Shown: piece by piece, positions 59,861-64,000 of the stretch
How the letters are laid out: each line of letters opens with the position of its first letter
Position numbering within the stretch: the first letter of the stretch is position 1
Source: a virus
Strand: one strand, 5' to 3'
DNA length: 64,000 nucleotides
Virus record (IMG/VR): IMGVR_UViG_3300024272_000034
Notes under the pieces: model-generated
Told to the model about the DNA's origin: nothing
Seen by the model: the letters and a program-made list of their open reading frames with translations, nothing else
Databases searched by the model: none
Position numbers and translations under genes: made by a program

Positions 59861-61051
59861 TTAACTACTCCTTATTAATACTAATTTATCTTTAGCTCTT
59901 GTGATTGCTGTATATAACCATTTTTGATGTTCTTCTTTATTGAATGGAAATCTTTCTTCAAATACTAAAACTTTATTCCATTCACTACCTTGTGCTTTAT
60001 GACAGGTAATAGCATAAGCATATGCAAAATCATATGGTGGCTCTAAATCACAATTTTTATTTTTTTTCATTTTATATATTTCAATTGGAGTTAATGTTGA
60101 AGTATTATTAACTAAATAATTATAATCAATTGGAATATTCATAAAAGTATCATCTTCAAAATCCATATGAGTCATCATATATTCAATTGGTGCCGTTCTA
60201 ATATATCTAAATGTATATTTATTTTGTTTAAAAAAAGAATCTATTGTTCCAATAGAGCCATTTGTGAGTGGCCAATTTCCATTAGCAGAATAGAATTCCC
60301 AATGATTAGATAGACTGATAATCTTATCTCCGACACATGGCTCTGGGCCATATCCCTTTTTTTCTCTAATAAAATTATTTATGTAATTTCTTGTATCATT
60401 AGTGGCGCAAAGAATTTGGTCTGCCCAATCATACATTCCAGTACAAATTTCGTTTTTAGAAAATAATTTTACTTGTTCTCCTAATGCTTGAAAGCTACTT
60501 AAAGGCTTACCCTCTCTTACATGCATTGATAGTCTAATAATTTCACTATCTTGCGCTTGCCGCATAATTTCATCAAGAAAAATATGCGGATTATCTAATA
60601 CATGATTATTGTCTTCTGGATTTACAGGTGGTAACTGGCCGGGGTCGCCGCAAGCTAATACATATATTTTATGACTTAATAACAAATCCCACATAGGCTT
60701 AGGTAACATAGATACTTCATCAACAACAATTACTTTATAAGCATCTTCTAAGTTTTTCCGTGGTTCATGAATAAACTTTCCACTTGGTAATTGTTTAGAA
60801 TAATAAAGTAATTTATGCGCAGTAGTAGCATTATAGCATCCTTTTTGTTTAAGAACAGTAGCTGCTTTACCAGTAAAAGCTATATAACAAACTTCAGTTA
60901 CTGGGTCTACTGGTAAAGCTGAAATAATATATTTAATTAAAGTACTTTTACCACTACCAGCATATCCTGAAATTATAGTATATGGTTCTTTATCAAAATA
61001 TCTTTTAATAGAAATAGTTAAACCTTCTGTTTGTTTATTTGTTAATATCAT
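59861..61051 (-). CDS. SF1 DNA helicase, RecD/Dda-like (396 aa)
   Basis: Walker A GYAGSGKST. Walker B VIVVDEVSML. ACGDPGQLPPV. ITCHKAQGSEW. YTAITRAKDKLVLI. Confidence 0.75.
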   Translation of the reverse strand: MILTNKQTEGLTISIKRYFDKEPYTIISGYAGSGKSTLIKYIISALPVDPVTEVCYIAFTGKAATVLKQKGCYNATTAHKLLYYSKQLPSGKFIHEPRKNLEDAYKVIVVDEVSMLPKPMWDLLLSHKIYVLACGDPGQLPPVNPEDNNHVLDNPHIFLDEIMRQAQDSEIIRLSMHVREGKPLSSFQALGEQVKLFSKNEICTGMYDWADQILCATNDTRNYINNFIREKKGYGPEPCVGDKIISLSNHWEFYSANGNWPLTNGSIGTIDSFFKQNKYTFRYIRTAPIEYMMTHMDFEDDTFMNIPIDYNYLVNNTSTLTPIEIYKMKKNKNCDLEPPYDFAYAYAITCHKAQGSEWNKVLVFEERFPFNKEEHQKWLYTAITRAKDKLVLIRSS

Positions 61052-61053
61052 TT

Positions 61054-61287
61054 TTAATCCTCTTTATTATTTACATGAGCATGTACTAATTGTTCTAAAC
61101 AATTATAAAAGTGCATTTTTTGAGTTTCTGCTTGATTATGTTCTTGTTCATAATCATGACTACGCTCTGCTTTTAATCTAGCAACTTCGTCACAGAGAAT
61201 AGCATATCTAAAATAAATGCTATCAAAACCAAAATCTAATCTATCTTTATATAAATTTTCTAATGCTTTTTCCTCTATTGTAATCAT
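61054..61287 (-). CDS. small hypothetical protein (77 aa)
   Basis: Clean ORF with a 4-nt overlap to its neighbour. Confidence 0.35.
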   Translation of the reverse strand: MITIEEKALENLYKDRLDFGFDSIYFRYAILCDEVARLKAERSHDYEQEHNQAETQKMHFYNCLEQLVHAHVNNKED

Positions 61288-61643
61288 AAGTTAAACTCCT
61301 TTATAAAATTTTCGTACCATTTATCAATTTGCTCAAAAATTTCTAAATCACTTTTTTCTTTTGGTTTCTCGGTCTCAGCTTCCAACACCGGCCGGAGCAA
61401 TTTTTCCTCCATTAAATAGACAGTATTCATTATATGGTCATATGTAAGCAATTTATTTTCAGTATCATTAATCCTAGCATCTAAATTTCTCACCTAATCT
61501 TCTATTGTGTCTATACGACCGTAACGACCAAGTGCTTTAACTATATCTGTAACTTCATATAATGAAATTCTATATTTATCTTCAAATTGATTTTCAAACC
61601 ATGTGAAATTATCTTCACCAAGCTTTATTTGAGTTTGTATCAT
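61284..61643 (-). CDS. hypothetical protein (119 aa with N-terminal extension through one TAG)
   Basis: Track ORF 61284..61493 starts at a GTG. The frame continues upstream through a TAG to ATG 61641-61643 (MIQTQIKLGEDNF...). Confidence 0.4.
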
Positions 61644-61723
61644 AAATATATTTACCCCTCACTTATTATTATTTCTATATATATTATATCATATTTTTTT
61701 ATAAAAATCAAAAAGGGAAGATT

Positions 61724-62554
61724 TTATTCTTCCCTTACAAAATATTCATATGCTTTTAAAGCATTTGTTTTTCTTACAGAATAATAAGCAGAATTGCAAC
61801 GTTCATAACTTTTAGCAAAAGCTAGTGCTACTTCTTGAGCATCTTGTAATGCTAAAAACTTTTCATATGAAAAATCTTTTTGATAAGCGCGCCCAAAAGT
61901 ATTAATTTCATATTCAATAGTATCTCTTAAAAAATCACATTGCTCTTGTAAACTTCCACCCACAATAGAACTATAATATGTGGTATTCCATTGGCACATT
62001 CCATAATGAACTTTGCCACCATATAGCCAATATTGAATATCTAAAGTATTACCTCCAACTTCAGCCATTATATTTCCTAAAATACCAGCAATTACATAAT
62101 TATTATATCCTAAATTTTTTAAATATAACCAAATTTCTGTTGCTACTGGATAATCTGTTTTTCTTTCTAACCAGAAATTATAATCATTTGTATATTTAGT
62201 ATATAATTCATGTGCTTCTTCCCATTCTCTTTTGGCTAATTGAATAATTAAATGATTATCTTCATATCTAAGAGCCCGAGCCATTTCTGCCATTTGATGA
62301 GCAATTTCTTTTTTATCCTGATAGTAAGAAATTTTTGTTGTTAAAATTTCTAAATCATCGGTTTCAATATATTCATGTGGAATAGTTTTTTCTGTTGAAT
62401 ATACTGGTTCACATTCTTCAGCCGGTACATCAGCTACACAAGTTGAAACTGGTGATAATATAATTGGTTCATCAGCTTTAATTAAAGTAGTATTTGGATT
62501 TATGTGAAAGAAAATAGATAAAGTTAAAGTGAATACAATAATATATTTTTTCAT
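61724..62554 (-). CDS. secreted protein with signal peptide and putative lysozyme-like/cell-wall hydrolase domain (276 aa)
   Basis: RBS AGGAGAAAAATT precedes ATG 62552-62554. Signal peptide MKKYIIVFTLTLSIFFHINP. The motif AGILGNIMAEVGG...YGMCQW is recalled as tail-lysozyme-like; this is weak. Confidence 0.45.
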   Translation of the reverse strand: MKKYIIVFTLTLSIFFHINPNTTLIKADEPIILSPVSTCVADVPAEECEPVYSTEKTIPHEYIETDDLEILTTKISYYQDKKEIAHQMAEMARALRYEDNHLIIQLAKREWEEAHELYTKYTNDYNFWLERKTDYPVATEIWLYLKNLGYNNYVIAGILGNIMAEVGGNTLDIQYWLYGGKVHYGMCQWNTTYYSSIVGGSLQEQCDFLRDTIEYEINTFGRAYQKDFSYEKFLALQDAQEVALAFAKSYERCNSAYYSVRKTNALKAYEYFVREE

Positions 62555-62592
62555 AATTTTTCTCCTAATATTTCTATTAGGTCTATCGTGTT

Positions 62593-64000
62593 TTAAAAAT
62601 AGTATGTTTGTTTTCCTGTAATTTCGTAATCTTCTATAATAATTTGCGGACTTACAATACCATTCCAAATATTTCGCTCGCATTTGCCAACGATATTAAT
62701 TGTTACACAACCTAAATTAGAATATAAAGATTCATATTCTTCTTTAGACGACCTGAATTTAATTAAACTCATCCCATTTGGAAGTGTAATCTTTAGAGTA
62801 GGATTTTTATCTTCAGACATTAACTTTAAATTTTCATTATTAATTTTAATATTTTCAATCGCAATTAATGGTTCTTCTACTCCTTGACCCCAAATTGTTT
62901 TTAAGTTGGCTAATTCTAAAACATCATTAACATTCATGTCATTATGATTAAAAATATAATCAACTTTATAACTAGGGATAAACTCAAAATCCTTTAAATT
63001 ATCATTAGCATATTCAATAAACTTATCAATTCTATCATTTGTAAAAGCGCATCCAAAGGCTTGAGCATGACCTTCCGCAAATTCGTCAAGATGGCTTGAT
63101 ATAATAAATTCTCTAAAATTATCAAATTTAGAATTACTTAAACCTCTACCAGAACCTTCCCAAGAATTATCATCTTGTTCATTTAAAAGTAATACTGGCT
63201 TTTGATATTTAGACATTAATTGATTTGCGATTAAGCCTGTTAAATTCTTATCAATAGAATATTTTTTTGGTAATTGAATTACTAAAATTTTATTTTTTAA
63301 AAGATTTTGTTCTTGAATGAGATTTTCAATTATTTCCAAGCTCGTGTCTCTTGCTTTAGTTTGTCTATTTTTAATATTAGAGCAATTACGACAAGCTTGT
63401 TCTACCCTTGTCTCTGTTTGACCTTGACATCCACGCTTAGTTGAAGAAATCATTTTATAACCTAAATGGTCTAACATAGATTCAAATAGAATTAGCTTTT
63501 CATTTTGCGTGCCAACCCGAATGGTTGCGTTGACATAAGGAGCAATATAAAAAGCTATACCGAATGGTGTTAACTCACCTTTTAATGAAAAGGCTTGTTT
63601 ATCTACCATTCCTTTAAAAAATGGATTACGAACTTGTTTAATACCACATCTAATTAAATGTGTAGTTTCAAAATCTCGTAAATCCATCATATCTGCTACC
63701 ATACCAAGAGCAACTAAATCAAGAAATTGATTAGCATAATCTACATCTAAAAGTTCATCAATATATGAACAAAATTTATAAACCATACCAACACCAGACA
63801 GTGATTTTGTAGGATAATCACATAGTTGATTATTAATTACGCAGGCATCTTCACATTCATATTCAGCTTCATGATGGTCAATAACTAATACATCTATATT
63901 TTTAGATTTTAATTCTTTACATTCATCATAGCTATTGGAACTAGAATCTGGAGCAATAACTAATTTAATGTTATTAGTAATAGTTTCTGGAATTATACCA
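62593..64000 (-). CDS. RecJ-like DHH-family single-strand exonuclease, 5' end beyond window
   Basis: The frame is open from the window edge. DHH motif VLVIDHHEAE lies upstream of the track ORF. DHHA1-like GHAQAFG lies within it. Confidence 0.65.
   Translation of the reverse strand, partial: GIIPETITNNIKLVIAPDSSSNSYDECKELKSKNIDVLVIDHHEAEYECEDACVINNQLCDYPTKSLSGVGMVYKFCSYIDELLDVDYANQFLDLVALGMVADMMDLRDFETTHLIRCGIKQVRNPFFKGMVDKQAFSLKGELTPFGIAFYIAPYVNATIRVGTQNEKLILFESMLDHLGYKMISSTKRGCQGQTETRVEQACRNCSNIKNRQTKARDTSLEIIENLIQEQNLLKNKILVIQLPKKYSIDKNLTGLIANQLMSKYQKPVLLLNEQDDNSWEGSGRGLSNSKFDNFREFIISSHLDEFAEGHAQAFGCAFTNDRIDKFIEYANDNLKDFEFIPSYKVDYIFNHNDMNVNDVLELANLKTIWGQGVEEPLIAIENIKINNENLKLMSEDKNPTLKITLPNGMSLIKFRSSKEEYESLYSNLGCVTINIVGKCERNIWNGIVSPQIIIEDYEITGKQTYYF

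Noticed and set aside
1-64000. TGA or TAA also being recoded.
   Set aside because: Every gene end I verified terminates cleanly at TAA or TGA, with RBS-spaced downstream starts. No in-frame TGA or TAA was found inside the long manually translated frames.
1-64000. CRISPR arrays, rRNA or tRNA genes, transposase or IS elements.
   Set aside because: No regularly spaced direct repeats with unique spacers, no rRNA-like conserved blocks and no transposase-like ORFs were seen. The only mobile element supported is the intron and its homing endonuclease.

Overview
AT-rich (~28-30% GC) bacteriophage DNA, probably a large siphovirus-like phage of a low-GC anaerobic Firmicute. Two convergent modules meet at a bidirectional terminator near 47.6 kb. 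(1) 1..47561, + strand: a late/structural module with a major-tail-like gene, chaperone candidates, a 3306-codon tape measure gene, several giant tail, baseplate and fibre genes of 700-2050 aa, then an accessory cassette. (2) 47669..64000, - strand: a replication and nucleotide-metabolism module with RuvC resolvase, dUTPase, anaerobic RNR NrdD/NrdG, guanylate kinase, DnaE interrupted by a group I intron carrying a GIY-YIG homing endonuclease, an SF1 helicase and a RecJ-like DHH exonuclease. The dominant signal is amber (TAG) stop-codon reassignment. Apparent ORF fragments in the structural module are single long reading frames interrupted only by TAG. TAG stands where Gln is expected, including a Q run that alternates CAA and TAG. 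TAA and TGA still terminate genes. TAG is dense in late genes and absent from the core replication genes. No suppressor tRNA is visible in this window. The most unusual locus is 37115..43604, bounded by a consensus promoter and a terminator. It encodes a 389-aa Cys/Ser/Thr/Asn/Tyr-rich protein, two radical-SAM enzymes with C-terminal Cys clusters, a protein of unknown function, an aldo-keto-reductase/2x[4Fe-4S] ferredoxin fusion and a small membrane protein. This looks like a phage-borne RiPP-like or structural-protein crosslinking system. Next to it lie a divergent frameshifted LytTR regulator with direct-repeat operators and exosporium/BclA-like genes. Coordinates rest on manual translation and carry a few nt of uncertainty.
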